NCBI GenBank assembly: GCA_965644295.1
Contig: CBFFRP010000457.1
Location: forward strand, 62,001 to 126,000
Length of the DNA: 64,000 nt
Direction: 5' to 3'
Source: Paraphysomonas bandaiensis
Taxonomy: Eukaryota; Protista; Chrysophyceae
Part shown: positions 48,419 through 61,490 of the stretch, piece after piece
Numbering within the stretch: position 1 is the stretch's first letter
Layout of the letters: every line of letters begins with the position of its first letter
The notes under the pieces: generated by a model
Told to the model about the DNA's origin: nothing
Databases searched by the model: none
The model's input: only the letters and a program-made list of their open reading frames with translations
Position numbers and translations under genes: made by a program

Positions 48419-50382
48419 ATGAAAATGACATATCAAATACAAGAAATAAGATCTTATCATACATATCTAATGAATGAAATCTTTCAATTAGATGGAATTG
48501 AAGGCAATTCATTTAAATACGATCACAGTAAGGAGGACCATCAGATCCCTCTATATAACCGTCTTGATATCCTTAAAAGAATTACTGAAATATGGAAACT
48601 TCATCAGAAAAGTTTTTCTAATGATTCATTTGATCGTTCAGATTATAAACATCTTGTTTGTGTGGATATATCTGGGATTGGATTGACTTGACTACTGGAA
48701 GAATGGTTCCATATGCTTGATATGATGGGAATATCATCCAATAACCGCACTGGTTTATTAGTTTTATATTGTAATGATCATGGATTGTGTTCTGTTGATA
48801 ATATCTGTGCTGTTGAAAAAACTTTTGCATGGAGGATTCTACAACGCCACTTTTTTGACGACTCCGAGTTTCAACAGCATATGAATCTTCTAGAAAAATT
48901 CTAATATTTACGATGGACTCACTATCTCGGAGGCAATACTTGCAGTGTTGAGCTCCAAAAGAGATATATTTGATGAAAGTAATCCGATTTCTTTTTTTCT
49001 TGGCATTGACGAATTCCAGAGTATTAGAGGACTTCAAGAAGACGGAATTGTGACAGAAGTGTTGTAAATTTTAGTCGGAGAATTCAAAATGAGTGGAATC
49101 TGCTTGACAAGTTTCCCACGGTCAATAGGATTAAACAGATTCGCAATGATATCTCCGACGAACATTCTAATCAATGGAGGCTTTTGTTAGATGGTAATTC
49201 TCTTCTCACCCTGGTAGCCTATTGTGTGAGTAGGACCTCTGTTTCCCCCGCAGATTCGCCTGGAATCTCGTTAGTAAGCCATAGCGTACGAAGTCCCGAA
49301 GTGTCAAAACCAACATGGCAACAAATGGCTGACCGTGGTCTAGTAGAATTTACCTCTTGTGGTGATTCAGAGTACGTAACTATTCCGTATGTAGGAATTT
49401 TGCAATGTTTAGCGTGCGATCGTACAGATGACATTTCGCAACCTCTATGCAGAATTCGTTTCATGGTCTCTCTCAGGATTATTCATGATTTGGCATCAAA
49501 ATCCGATGTGCCCTGGTACAAATGGTGCGCATTTCCACTGTCTTCGTATAAATGCATTGCTAGTACTTGGTCGAGATACAATATCTATCAACGATCTTTT
49601 TCCTGGCGCACGTACAAATTTGAGTACTATTCGTCCAGTGATTGTTCAACTAAGACCAGCGGAGGTGTTTTTCGCGGACAATGAGTTGTCGGAAGAATCT
49701 AATTTGAGGTCTATTCCAGAAAGTGAGAATCTTCTTCGAACACTTAATTTGTTCGCATCTAGTATGTGCCATATTGTTGTTAATGGCTCAGGGGGCAAAG
49801 GCGTGGACCTGTATTTCGTATTACATACGGTTTGCGGCAGAACTGTCTTATTTCCGGATCAGCGCAAACGTGAAGCAAAGCCGCTGACAACTGATACTAT
49901 TTCGAAGTACATTAAACTGATGCCAAAACCATCGGTGAATGGCATGTTAGTCGTTCTTTGTATATAACCTATGGAAAAAGTAAAGTCCGACTTCCTAATG
50001 ATAGGTGTGTGGTAATGTCACGCAAAGAACTGAAGCATTTTCATTCTTGTCTTTCGTTCCATCCTTGTGCTTGCTCCGTCGTTGACCCTCATCAGTTCTT
50101 CGGGAGTATATGAGTCAATCAGCCGCAGGTCGGTGTGCGAAACAAATTAGAGAGCTGTGCAAATCACGAATCTTTTTTTCATTTGAGTCGCTTCGAAATG
50201 CACTTTTAAATGAGTATGGCGTTCAACTTAGTGATGATTTGAAATATGAGTTCTTCTTCACAGGAGACGAACGGGATGACAACGACAATGATGACGACGG
50301 CGACGATGAGGATAGCGATAATAGTGACGAGGATATGTCCCTTAGTTTTGGTGAAAGTTTGAAAGTAAGTTCAAAAATTTAA
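48419..50382 (+). pseudogene. Disrupted Crinkler-type P-loop NTPase + restriction-endonuclease-fold gene
   Basis: Decayed Walker A (SGIG..-LLEE), Walker B GIDEFQ (~49002-49020), GAHFHCLRINAL, NGSGGKGVD...DQRK; spread over several frames with stops and no clear introns. Confidence 0.65.
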
Positions 50383-50541
50383 CCGAACAATATGAGGTAC
50401 ATCTTAATAAATTACTATCTTTATATTATAAAGTTTAGTTATAAGTGCTATGTAGCAACATCGGTTAGTTAGTGAGCAAAGTAAACCAGTATACCCCTAT
50501 AGGGGTCTGTTGAATTCTGCTATATATTCGAGCAACCGAAA

Positions 50542-50792
50542 GTGTTGAGATCTGAAGATTCAAAATATATTTCTATATGTAATTAGTATATTATATATTG
50601 TAGCATGAAACTGAAGTATAAGTTAGTGCCTATACAGGATACGACTACTGAGTGTGTGCTTCGTACATTATATAAGTAAATGATTGGTGTTGAGCACACC
50701 GAATACAACTTGGGTTCTTTATCGTGTACGATTCGTGTAATGTTATAATTTCAATCGTATCAATTGAGAACAGCAAACCTTAGCAAATAATG
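50542..50792 (+). repeat. Dispersed repeat, direct homolog of 38697-38942
   Basis: GTGTTGAGATCTGAAGATTC...TGAAACTGAAGTA...CGAATACAACTT...TAGCAAATAATG present at both loci. Confidence 0.75.
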
Positions 50793-51237
50793 CTGTGTCT
50801 TCACATTCACATAGCTACACCCTCAACAAAGTCGGACTCGCACCTTTTCGTGGTGTTCTGGGGGATAAATACCGGAGAGATTCTCTCTGGGAAACTAACG
50901 TGAGCCGCAAACATAGTCTGCAGATATTCTTCTGCCCACGCATAGCCGAATGTTTGTGTGGTACAAGTGACACCAATAAGTGTCATTTGTGTAGACGTCA
51001 TTGGGCCCTGACGAATAAACAGGCATCCGGGAATGGGCCCAACTCAAGGGCATCCGGGACAGGGCCCACCTGAAGGGTAACCGCGGTATTGGGCTGCCTG
51101 CTAAAGTCAAGCATCCGGGATGTTCACCTTAAGCCTTAAGAACTCAGAGCGGAAGTGGTTGCACCTTGGTGCTTGCTGCGACGCACAAGCAGCTTCCGTA
51201 GCGTTAAATAGTAGGATAAATAAAGTGTGTACTGATT

Positions 51238-53798
51238 GGAAAAATTTAATTTTGGCCCTTTTTGGCCCTCGGCCCGCTAGGGCCCTCGGCCCGCATTTGG
51301 CCCTCTACTACAACTAACAATAATAACAATAATTCTTAATTAAAAACACACACAACACACACTACAACCACAAGCAACAATAACGCACAAAGCAAAGGGC
51401 AGTATTACGCACAAAGCAAAGGGTCAAATTTAGCAAGAGTTATTAATATCTTAAGCAAGAGCAACTTTATACCAAAACATTTTTCGGAGCTGGGGGCTCC
51501 CCACGCTTCGACTCTACGAGCCGGCGTCCACTGCCCCCAGGCCCCCGCCCCTAAACAACGCCGGGGCCGGCCCCACCGGCCCTATTCCGGCGTTTGGCGC
51601 CGGTCTGAGCCCTGCCGGCGGCAACACAGCATGTCTCAATCTCCTCGGTGAAAGCACAGTCTTCGGCTGTCACTGTAGACTCCTTGCCACATCCAGTGTA
51701 TTTCACTATCTCCTCAATTGAAATACAATCATCAGTGGGTACATCGACAACATATCCATTCTGCAGTCGGCACTGCTCGCGATAGCCAACGATGGACCCC
51801 TCGTAAAATCCAACTCTCACCACCTCGTACATGCACCCATCCTCAGGATCATAGTGGCTCTTCCCAATCAAAAACTTGTATTGGTTGAGCTGCGCAAACT
51901 TAGTCCTTTGGACTGACCTGTCCATTTCAAATGCAGCGTAGTCCTCTGGCAATGTGAATTGCTGGAATGGCAGATGTTTCGGCCGGGATGCATGACCCCT
52001 GAGAATTTTGTTTCGAAGTTCGACGTATTCTTGACTTAGCTTCCGAATAGTACTCACATATAACACCACGGAAGGATGCGCAGTGGGAAAAGCCTCGTTC
52101 AGCTTTCTGTTAAACCTTTCCAGTGGATTGTTGGTTCTATTAATCAAGCGGGATGTTGATGACTCGTCTGTTACAATGCCATGCACATTCCAATCATTAG
52201 GATCGTACGAGAGCATCCAGGTCTTCACGAAGTATTTCCAGAATATGTCAAACTTGGCTCGGTGAACACCTTCGTCAAAATGTTGGCGCACATATGGTAT
52301 CCCTTTAGGCTCAATATCTTCAATAGGAATTGTTAATAGAATGTTGATGAGACCAGTTTTATTCATCAATGGCGTAATCACCTCATCGGGAATACCCAGG
52401 CTGAACAATTTCCTACGGATTGCTTGCTTCCAGTGAAACGCGCATCCAGTTACAGGCTTGCCCTCAAAGTTCCGTTTGATAGCATTCATCAGACCCTTCT
52501 CGAAATCCACTGAGCCATTGATGATCTCCATCATGAAATCTGTTGAGGCCTTACTCAAATAAAGAGCCATGGAATACACTTCTTCAAACTTCGATTGCAG
52601 CAATATATAAAATACAGGAATGTATAGGGACGAGGCGTAGTCATATATCATAATTACTAGACACTGAGAAAATCCCTTTGGCACACATTTAAAAGTACAG
52701 TCTATAAACAGATGGACCGGACCACCCTTTACAATATTGATTAAATCAGGATGTGCAAAGCCAATTATCTTCTGCATCTGATTGCTAACATTGATTGAAG
52801 TATTGAACTGTAAAAATAGTCTCTCGTCGTCATCAGCACAGTTCACAAGCGGATACGACGATATAATTCCTTCCCAATCATTGAACTCTAAACGTCTACA
52901 CTGATACACCAAAGCTTTGAGTTTCGACGTTTCGAGATATCTATATGGCATTCCTACCGAAATAAGCAAAAGAAAATGAAGTGAAAACAGCAAAAAGAAA
53001 AAAATATCAATTTTCTCACCGAGCTGCTTATATTTCGCTCGCGTTGTTTCCGCAACTTCATTTGCAATCGCAATGGAGGACTTCGAAACATCTTTCAACG
53101 CCATTGCTTCACAAAGTTGTTTCATTTCACCACTTGCGTCATATACACCTTTACAAAACGACGACCTCTCCTTGGAATTATCATCAGATGTTGGTGAATC
53201 TGAAGGCAATATAAAGATGGCGGCACCACATTTGTGCTCCTCTTTCCCCTTTGAAATTATCAGTTTTTCATCAGATTCTTCTGCTTGCTCGTGAACAAGA
53301 ATTGTCAATTTAGCTGGACAGCCACATGTTCTTCCTTTCCGGTGTTTTGAGCACCGATAATAACCCTTCAAATTTCCTAAATATATGGATCAGTGGCTTA
53401 CTGATAGAGAATATATTATACCGAACCATCTTGAAGCCTCTTCCTCTGCTTGATAGTGTATCTGAAACCTTCCCACTGAAAAGTTGTAGGGAGATCATCG
53501 CTATTACAACTATCTTTTCTCCCTGATTCTTCTGAATTAGAATCATGCATTATTAATCGCCTGCTTGATGACAAAATTATTAATGAATTTGTATTAAGTT
53601 TTCAAAAAGTCGAAATTAAAAACTAATCACATTAGTTTTTTCAAAACTCGAAATCTTTAAAAGACAATAACTGAAATAATATAACAAATCAAAATCTTCA
53701 GGAGGCAAAAACTGAAAAAAATTAATTTTAGAGGGCCCGCGGGGGGCCGCGGGCCCGCGAGGGCCGAGGGCCCTGGCGGGCCGCAAAAAAACCTTATC
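51238..53798 (-). mobile_element. Mutator-like (MULE) DNA transposon, full length
   Basis: 8-bp TSD TACTGATT (51230-51237, 53799-53806); imperfect GGCCC-rich inverted termini; splits a repeat whose uninterrupted form is at 61306-61490. Confidence 0.92.
51551..53550 (-). CDS. MULE transposase with FLYWCH/WRKY-like N-terminal zinc finger, three exons
   Basis: MHDS...WEGFRY...DG-NLKGYYRC..C..H via intron 53377-53426; probable in-frame intron 52954-53019; LFIDCTFK, VDFEKGL, CAFHW, TNNPLERFN. Confidence 0.9.
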
Positions 53799-55132
53799 TA
53801 CTGATTAGTTACAGGTAGAGGTCTAACTAGTTTATCTAGCATTCATCTAGCTACTAAGTTGGTGCAGGTTTTTAACGCCTATTGCTAATAATAAGACTTT
53901 CAATACACATAGCTACATCATTACACTAATTCAGTCAGTATTGTGCTACTGCAAGTATAATTTAATAGTTAAGTCCGAGGATAAAAAGTTGATGTGTAAA
54001 TATCTGTTGGAATACGTACTATTGTTCTCTAAGATAGTACTGTAGAATACGTTAAATGCAATGTAAAAAACAGTAATACGTAGTCAATAGTCAAAGATGC
54101 TATATAGCTATAACAGTGAAACTGAAGTATTATATCATGACAATTTAAGATACGGAAGTTGAGTAGTGGTTGACATGAACGATATAATTTATCATGTTGT
54201 TGACATGTGTTACATGAAAACACATACAATTATAATAATATAATCTATCTAGTTTGATTAACTTTAACTTCTCTTAAAACGATCTTCATTGTCTGAAAAT
54301 GGTCAATAGTCAATAATATCAACGTATCAACCAGAACTTGCCATCTGGTTATTTTGTCCTATGATTTCTATATTGTATATGCTTATGCTATCAAGGTTTG
54401 ACATCAGGGTGGTAAAAACTTAAATTTTCACCACTACCACTCAATATTATTAGATCTCAGGTAGACACGATCTTTACAGTCAAAGCTTTTCATGTCATGA
54501 GTTCATGTTAACCACTACTATATTCTTCAAGTAACGGTCATAATTCGAATACTTTATAAAAACAGCTTTTAATGTCTTCCAAACCGTAAAACTCAACACT
54601 CCCTCTAAATTCATATCTGTAGATAGAATTCATATCACGAGACATAACTGACGGATACGGAACCACCAAAACTATCTAAGATAAACTGGTGGATGTATGA
54701 GACATCGATATGTCAGCTAGTGAGACACTACGATGTTTAGGTTTGAGTCATTCAACTCAATCATATCTCCATGTTCCTGATGTACTTCTCATTAGTACAA
54801 TCAACCACAGGTGGGTTATTCTCCTTCGTTGTACTTTGATTCATTAGACTGTGAACGTCAACCTCTAGACTCTATCATACTATCTACATGCATGCAACAT
54901 CCAGTAGATATCTACGTATGATTCCATAGCTAACGGAATGACCATCATTATCAAACATGTCATGGAGATATCGAGGATCTAGTAGTCCATATATATAGTG
55001 GAGTATGCAGCAGTGTGAGCGAGGTGATGTAGTCTGGATGTGTATAGATATATACACCAGTATATACGGACTGCTGGAGATACTGCTGTGCGGTATGAGA
55101 GCTTTGATTGGTGTACCTGTGTACTTTGATTT

Positions 55133-55560
55133 ACATACATAGGTACGTACGTACATACATACATACATACATACATACATACATACATACATACATACAT
55201 ACATACATAGATACATACATATACACATACATACATACATACATACATACATACATACATACATACATACATACATACATACATACATACATACATACAT
55301 ACATACATACATACATACATACATACATACATACATACATACATACATACATACATACATACATACATACATACATACATACATACATACATACATACAT
55401 ACATACATACATACATACATACATACATACATACATACATACATACATACATGTACATAAGTACATACATAAGTACCTACATACATACATGTACATAAGT
55501 ACCTACCTACCTACCTACCTACCTATACATATATACATACCTACCTACCTACATACATAA
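55133..55560 (-). repeat. (CATA)n microsatellite with degenerate (CCTA)n tail
   Basis: Direct reading. Confidence 0.97.
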
Positions 55561-55638
55561 GTACGACTGTAAAAAAAGAAGGAAATAAATTTGAATTTCC
55601 TTCTATATGTATGTATATGTATGTGTATGTATGTACGT

Positions 55639-58600
55639 ATGTATGGTACTGTAGATGGTAGTGTTCTCAAGGGGGTGGATGCGTCTCTCTGCCTCATTGT
55701 GTTAGTAGAACTAACTGATCCCATCCATACCATACAAAACCAACCCATGAGCGGTGTCAAACTCTCCGCTAAATGGCAATTAGATGCGGCCTTATTATCT
55801 CGTCCTGTTGATCTGACTTCTTTAGTGAGTTTGTCTCGATCTCATCCGCAAAAGTTCACTGAAGACGATACGATTCATCGGCTTGTATCCAACTTATTAA
55901 ATGAGAAGAATCTATCCAAATCTGATAAGGTGATTGTATTCATTGGATTCAGTGGGATTGATATGTGTATATGTGTATGTGTATATAGCTGGGTATGTAT
56001 AGCTGCATGTGTATGTGTATAGCTGCATGTGTGTATGTATATAGCTGGGTATGTATAGCTGCATGCGTATGTGTATAGCTGCATGTGTATGTATATAGCT
56101 GGGTATGTATAGCTGCATGCGTATGTGTATAGCTGCATGTGTATATGTGTATAGCTGCATGTGTGTATGTGTATAGCTGCATGTGTATATGTGTATAGCT
56201 GGATATGTATAGCTGCATGTGTGTATATAGATATGTACATGTGTATGTGTATAGCTGGATATGTATAACTGCATGTGTGTATATAGATATGTACATGTGT
56301 ATGTGTATAGCTGGATATGTATAGCTGCATGTGTGTATGTGTATAGCTGCATGTATGTATGTGTATAGCTGCATGTGTGTATGTGTATAGCTGCTTGTAT
56401 GTATGTGTATAGCTGCATGTGTATATGTGTATAGCTGCATGTGTGTATGTGTATAGCTGCATATGTATGTATATAGCTGGGTATGTATAGCTGCATGCGT
56501 ATGTGTATAGCTGCATGTGTATATGTGTGTATATACACATGTACATGTGTATAGCTGGATATGTAATGCTGCATGTGTGTTTATAGATATGTACATGTGT
56601 ATGTGTATAGCTGGATATGTATAGCTGCATGTGTGTATATGTACATGTGTATGTGTATAGCTGGATATGTATAGCTGCATGTGTGTATATACACATGTAC
56701 ATGTGTATGTGTATAGCTGGATATGTATAGCTGCATGTGTGTATATAGATATGTACATGTGTATGTCTATATATGTATAGCTGCATGTGCATATATACTA
56801 TGCTGCATAGATGTATGTGTATATATATAACTGTAATGGGTATATGTAACTATATGTATGTATAGATATAACTATATGTTTTTATAGATTAGGATCGACT
56901 CTATGTATATATGGTTATGTATAGAGTATAAGTATATATATCTCTATGTATTGCTATAAAATGTATGTATGGCTATATCTTCTGTGTATATGTGTGGAGT
57001 GATATGTATTTATATGTTACTATTTCTATTTGTTTGACTGTTTTCTAACAGGATACGAAACTAGATGTGTTAAATATTCTCGCTAATGTGGCGGGGGGCG
57101 ATAAGACAGCCAAAGCTGAGGTCAGAGTTGCTTTGGGGGGTATCAGTGAGTGGTTCGATGAGTATATTGCCACAGAGGAGGCAGACCCTACCATTGTACG
57201 TGCTCTGTATACTGCTTCGAGTAGTCTGTAACATGCCCTACACGAGGATTTATTGCATTGGTTCCTTATTCCCACTAAAGGTTTGCTGTGTGTTCAGGAG
57301 CCTGAGCTTCATAAGGCTATGGTTCTTTTGCTGGCCCGATGCTGGGACTACAAATTGAAAACGGAAGATGTTCTCGAACTTACTCAAGGAAACCGCAGGA
57401 TTGCGCTCTGCACTGTGGTAGGTTTGCTGGAGGATGGTGAGACGTATTCCACTGTATTGAAGCAACGCAAAAGGCCCACTGAAGGACAGATGGCTCAATG
57501 GGAGCATGAGCTCATCATACAGAGGTGGGATGCTGGATGTTTCTCATTGGCCTGAGATATGCGCCTGCAGGTTTGAAAAGCCTCTGCTGTTGCAGATATG
57601 CCGTCTGCTACGTGGATTCACCCATCCAGGTAATAGAATAACGCTAGAAAGTTAATATGTATAACAATCAAGTAGGTACATACTTCGAGGCTTCAACGGA
57701 AGAATTGGCGCTGTACAGGTGGGTTATTATGCATTCATGAAGTGATTATATTGGCTTGTTGAGACATACCGTTTTTGATTTACTGCATGACTTAAAATAC
57801 TTACTCTAACTGGCACTATCGTTAACAGTGTGGAGAGATTTTCAGATGAGATCAATACTCTTCTTGAGATTACCCTCCGATCCCGTTTAGTGGAGAAACT
57901 CTGTGTGGCTATGTATTCATGCATATTCGAAGACCACGCTGAAGATGATGGAATAGAGGTAAAAACGAATCGCTACAAGCGTGCGTCTTGTACCTTCCGC
58001 TAAATAATTGTATTTAGGATGTAGAGCAACGTGTTCTGGAAGAAACGGATCATGTTGCGGTTATGGCTGTACATGCTTTTCTTCAGGTATGTACACCGTG
58101 CTGCGAAACTCGTTTAATGACTTCTTCACAGAACCTGTACTTCTACGCATCTCATAACCACGACGAGTTCAGACGCCATATGCTGGTGGACACTCTGCTC
58201 ATTCCTAGACTAATACTACCCTATCTAAACTGCTGTACCCAGCAGGTAAATTGCAATCTTTTATCTCCACTAGAATATGTAGCCTCACTTTTTCACTCTT
58301 TTCGTTATTACTACTTTTGAGTATATATGTGTATTGACTTTGAGTACGTCTCATTCTATAGGCGATGGTTCTCAACAATAGAGCGGAGGCCTATTCTGAT
58401 GTTCTGGAGGGAGATTCCACTAGTACCCTGGCTCTAGACCATCATCCTAACCTCGTCAAGGGAATTGCAGCATCCCTTCGCACACTAATCATCGCCTCAT
58501 TTAGAGCCCCACCTACACAGTATGTAATGTCTTTATTGCGTCGGTTGAACCCTACGGCTTCAATGTTGAAAGCCTCTTCGTTCTGTCTACACCACCACCA

Positions 58601-60792
58601 GATCTACTCCTTGCTCTGTTTGCTCAACGTGAACATGGGAGCGTTGGACCTTTCCAGACAGTTTGTGAATGATAATTCTGTGGTGGATGCATATCGGGCT
58701 CACTCGCTTCTGCATGAGATGGCCACTATATATTCAAAAATGGACAAGAATGCACAAGCGCAGGTGGGAAACAGTTTGATGCCCTGTTCATAGGGTTTGG
58801 CGGAATGTATATTCTACTCATTCATATTGAAGAGTATCTTGCATTATAGGGTGTATGTACTAGTATGTAGAAGGTCTGACTCTAGTGCTTGCAGGTATAC
58901 AAAAGAGTCATGGCACCTGGATCGCTGCCTATTTGTCGAGACACTCCTTCCTATGTCGCAATAATGTCTGTGTTGCACGGCGGAGCCGCAGGTGCCTACG
59001 CAACCAAAACTTTTACATTTTCAACTGAAATATATCATTAATATCCATCGTTTTATTGTGTTCCTATGTGTAGGTCAGTTGGAGTACTGTCACTCAGCAA
59101 GAGATGCTAAGGATGGCGACGAGGACGAGGACGTGAGTATTCTTTGCTGCATTTATTTGTCGTGCTATGCGTAGACAGCAGTTCTGTTACATACGCCTAG
59201 CCGTATTCTTATCGACGCTTGTATTTACTATATCGCTAACGTTTATTTATAGGTTTGGGACAGCAGGGCTGAGGCTAAGAGGGTAAGCAATAGTACAGAC
59301 CTGTACATGCACTAGTGTCTATCTGCCCGTATCTCCCTTCTGATAGTGGGTATTATCTTTAGGCCCATGCTGAAAGAATGGAGATGGCGAGACAAGCAGT
59401 CGAGGCAGATGCTGATGCTAAGACAACCACCAGAAGCAGTTTTAATTCCAAGGGTGGGTTGGTGGTGTATGACAATGACAATACTATCGTAAATCTGTGT
59501 GGTGCTTTATGCTGACAGAATTGCGTATTGTACCAATGGATAACGTTGTAGTCTGTTATTGAACTTTGTTGTGGAGTCATGCAACGGCGTATTTGTAGTA
59601 TATAAAATTGTGTCGTGACTATATATACTTACATGTTTTATTACAGGTAAAAATAGCAGTGCTTTTGAAGTTGCATTAGCCACAGCCCAAGACATCGAGG
59701 ATCGCCGTCTGGAAGCTAAAGAAGCTAAAGCATCAGGTACTTTTCATATGGTCCTCGTGATATTACGTAATCTGTGCACATTTGAATGAGTAGGACTGGA
59801 TCCGAAAGATAACAAGGGTGCAAACGTCGCTGAGAGTAAGAGTGATCAGCAGCAGATCAGAGGAGAAGGGTATAGGTTATTGGGAGATCTGCCGTCACTG
59901 CCAGGCGGAAAGAGTTCCCGCGATGTTCAGGTATACATAGATCATAGTCTTTGCTCTTATATATAGATACCTGCGAGGTATGAGCCTAATGCCTATGATG
60001 AAGGTGGCGCTTGCCCTGGAGCTCCCAGGCGAAAGCACTAAGCCTGTACCTAAGATGGTCTTTGGGGGGCATGAAATGAGTGACGAAACAGTTAAGCGTG
60101 ATTCTGATATTCCGGAGGAGTTTCTATGCGGTATGATATATGTAAAGCGTATATAATACACATAGCACAACTTTTGCTATGTAATACCATATATATTGTA
60201 TCTATTATGCCATGTTGCCTGTACGGCATACGTGGTGGTTTTGTGGCACGGTCATTATATCCTCAGTGATTATGTTATAATGAACATGTATACTGTGTGC
60301 ATCAGTGATTTGACGTCGTACATATGACCTGATTTGTACTAACTAATTTATATCATATTACAGCCATCAACGGTCACGTAATGAAGGATCCAGTGCGATC
60401 TAAAAGTACAGGTACTACAATTCTCTCTAACGTCATCATAGAAATAAAATTTTATTGGTCACGTGCAGGAGTGGTTTATGAACGAGCCACAATTGAGATT
60501 TGGCTTAAAACCCGAGGGTCAGTTTGCCCGATTACTCATGAAGTACGTATGATATGTTGTTGCCTCCTATATTGCTAGCGACTTTTAACGAATGGCTGTG
60601 TCCAGACCCTCACTCCAGACGACCTGGAACCGGATACCGAACTCCGAAAGAGGTAATTTTATTTTTGTATTGTGCTTGTAAATTATCTCATGTCAAAATA
60701 GGATTATGAGGTATCATATCCAAAGCAAAGCGCGCCCACAAATAAAAGCATCGAACCCATCCGCTGATGATGATGATTTGTACAACTTCTAA
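55639..60792 (+). CDS. Large multi-exon helical/ARM-like protein with C-terminal U-box
   Basis: Many GT-AG exons; spliced U-box IPEEFLC-AINGHVMKDPV...YERATIEIWL..RGSVCPITHE-TLTPDDLEPD.ELRKR; ends DDDLYNF*. Confidence 0.82.
55960..56800. repeat. Intronic minisatellite built on GTATAGCTG(C/G)ATGT units
   Basis: Dozens of TATAGCTG cores separated by TG/TA runs inside intron 1 of the U-box gene. Confidence 0.92.
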
Positions 60793-61305
60793 TTGGATAA
60801 AGTTAGTGAGTCGTGGTTAGAAGCTAGCAGTTCCCGTATGGAATGTCATCTAAGATTCCTACCGACGTGTGGAGGACTTGAAGTCAGTTATTTATGAAGT
60901 TGTAAGTCATACAAATGATTGGCTGTTGTCTATTTACACCCTTGAAGATTTAAATAAGACAAAATAATAAAAACCCACCGAAGTGTGTTATTGGAAATTG
61001 GAAACCCCTGTTTTTATTGGATTGTGTTATTGGAATAACACAGGAGGAAAACATCACCCATACAAACAGCAGTGACCTTGAGATTTTTCGAAACAAAAAA
61101 AACGAAGAGAGGAGAGACAAGCTCTTTTCTCTCCTCGCATTTTTAACAATCAGATCTGTGTTATTCTAATTATACAGAGCTAAACTGATTCTTAACCTAT
61201 TGTTGAAGGTATCCCATTCATAAACGTGAGGCTTTATCTATAGACGATCGTCACAATATATAGTATATCTCAAGACGCAGATAGTAGTAAGTAGAATAAC
61301 CGAAC

Positions 61306-61490
61306 GGAAGTGGTTGCACCTTGGTGCTTGCGGCGACGCACAAGCAGCTTTCGTAGCGTTAAATAGTAGGATAAAAGAGTTTGTATTGATTAGTTACGGG
61401 TAGTGGTCTAACTAGTATGACTAGCATTCTTCTAGCCACTAATTGATGCAAGGTCTCAACGCCTATTGCTAAATAATCAGACATTCACCA
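61306..61490 (+). repeat. Interspersed repeat tail (uninterrupted copy)
   Basis: GGAAGTGGTTGCACCTTGGTGCTTGC...TAAATAGTAGGATAAA...CAACGCCTATTGCTAA matches 51151-51237 joined to 53807-53900. Confidence 0.82.

Noticed and set aside
51000-51045. Possible hammerhead ribozyme (GGGCC-CTGACGA...GGGCCC)
   Set aside because: No GAAA core or properly placed stem II/III and cleavage triplet.
55133-55560. Fourth long TATG/CATA array as another MULE flank
   Set aside because: No copy of the MULE TIR next to it; shows that moderately long arrays also exist without the element.
55875-56792. Long His/Tyr/Thr-rich minus-strand ORFs
   Set aside because: Translations of an intronic minisatellite.
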